Assembly: GCF_041956535.1 (NCBI RefSeq)
Contig: NW_027192192.1
Location: 1,339,111 to 1,403,110 of the forward strand
Source of the DNA: Calcarisporiella thermophila CBS 279.70
Taxonomy: Eukaryota > Fungi > Calcarisporiellomycota
Direction: 5' to 3'
DNA length: 64,000 nt
The position numbers and the translations under genes were made by a program. Position 1 is the first letter of the stretch; each line of letters opens with the position of its first letter. Below, one piece after another: positions 63,499 to 64,000 of the stretch. The notes under the pieces were generated by a model, which was given only the letters and a program-made list of their open reading frames with translations, was not told the DNA's origin and made no database searches.

Positions 63499-64000
63499 AT
63501 GTCTGCCACTGCTACTGCCATCACACTTGCGCTTCCTAAGGAATACGGCTACGTTCTCGCGACGGGCGTTGCTTCCTACGTGCTCTTGATGGGCCTGGGG
63601 GTAATTATTTCTTTCCATACTGTCTAGGCTCGTCGACATTAACTTGTGCGCGATTTTCTCCAGATCTCGGTCGGAGGACAGCGAAAGCGCGCCCAGGTTC
63701 CTTATCCCTATCTCTACGCTGATACGGCCGAGGCGAAAGAGGATAAGAAGAAGTACATCTTCAACTGCTATCAGCGCGCTCATCAGGTATGCCATATTGA
63801 GGGAATGGGCTCGCCACTTGGCGAGCTTATGCAAGGGGCAGCCATGTTTTTATTCTAATGGTTCTATTGCGAACGAATTAGAACACCCTTGAATTCTACC
63901 CCATCTTTATTTCCTCGCTCTTGATCTCCGGATTGAAGCACCCTTACATTGCCACCGGTGCCGGTGTAGCCTGGATTCTCGGTAAGAAAGAATGAATCCT
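63499..64000 (+). CDS. MAPEG-family microsomal glutathione S-transferase 3 (3' end beyond the window)
   Basis: LPKEYGYV, RKRAQVPYPYLYA, FNCYQRAHQ|NTLEFYP, GLKHP. Confidence 0.92.

Overview
Gene-dense, intron-rich eukaryotic DNA from an early-diverging fungus, most likely Mucoromycota (inferred from gene content, short GT-AG introns and intron density). I spliced exons by hand and support about 27 protein-coding genes. In order: Yap-like bZIP (partial), twinfilin, Pho80-family cyclin, HEM2, UTP5/WDR43, an Spd1/Dif1-like RNR-regulator microprotein, ZC3H3/Red5, a DCAF-type WD40 protein, TFIIH p62/TFB1, LSM2, NELF-B/COBRA1, a REM-less RasGEF, OGFOD1/TPA1, RalGAP-alpha, RPP14/POP8, securin, a bacterial/plastid-type DASS transporter, a STAS-less SLC26, a PXA-RGS-PX-PXC sorting nexin, a SAM methyltransferase, RVS167, PNKP, a small GPI-type secreted protein, peroxisomal enoyl-CoA hydratase 2, TPS2, PNP and MGST3 (partial). 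Four genes (bZIP, Spd1-like, LSM2, RPP14) are absent from the ORF track in their correct frame. I saw no tRNA, rRNA, CRISPR array or intact transposon. The most notable observations are animal-like regulatory genes in a fungus (NELF-B; RalGAP-alpha near a RalGPS-like GEF), a tandem pair of atypical anion transporters, the hidden Spd1-like microprotein with an extra PIP box, a TFIIH p62 lacking its PH domain, and an LSm2 with the conserved Sm1 Asn changed to Ser. Family assignments come from recalled motifs, not database searches.
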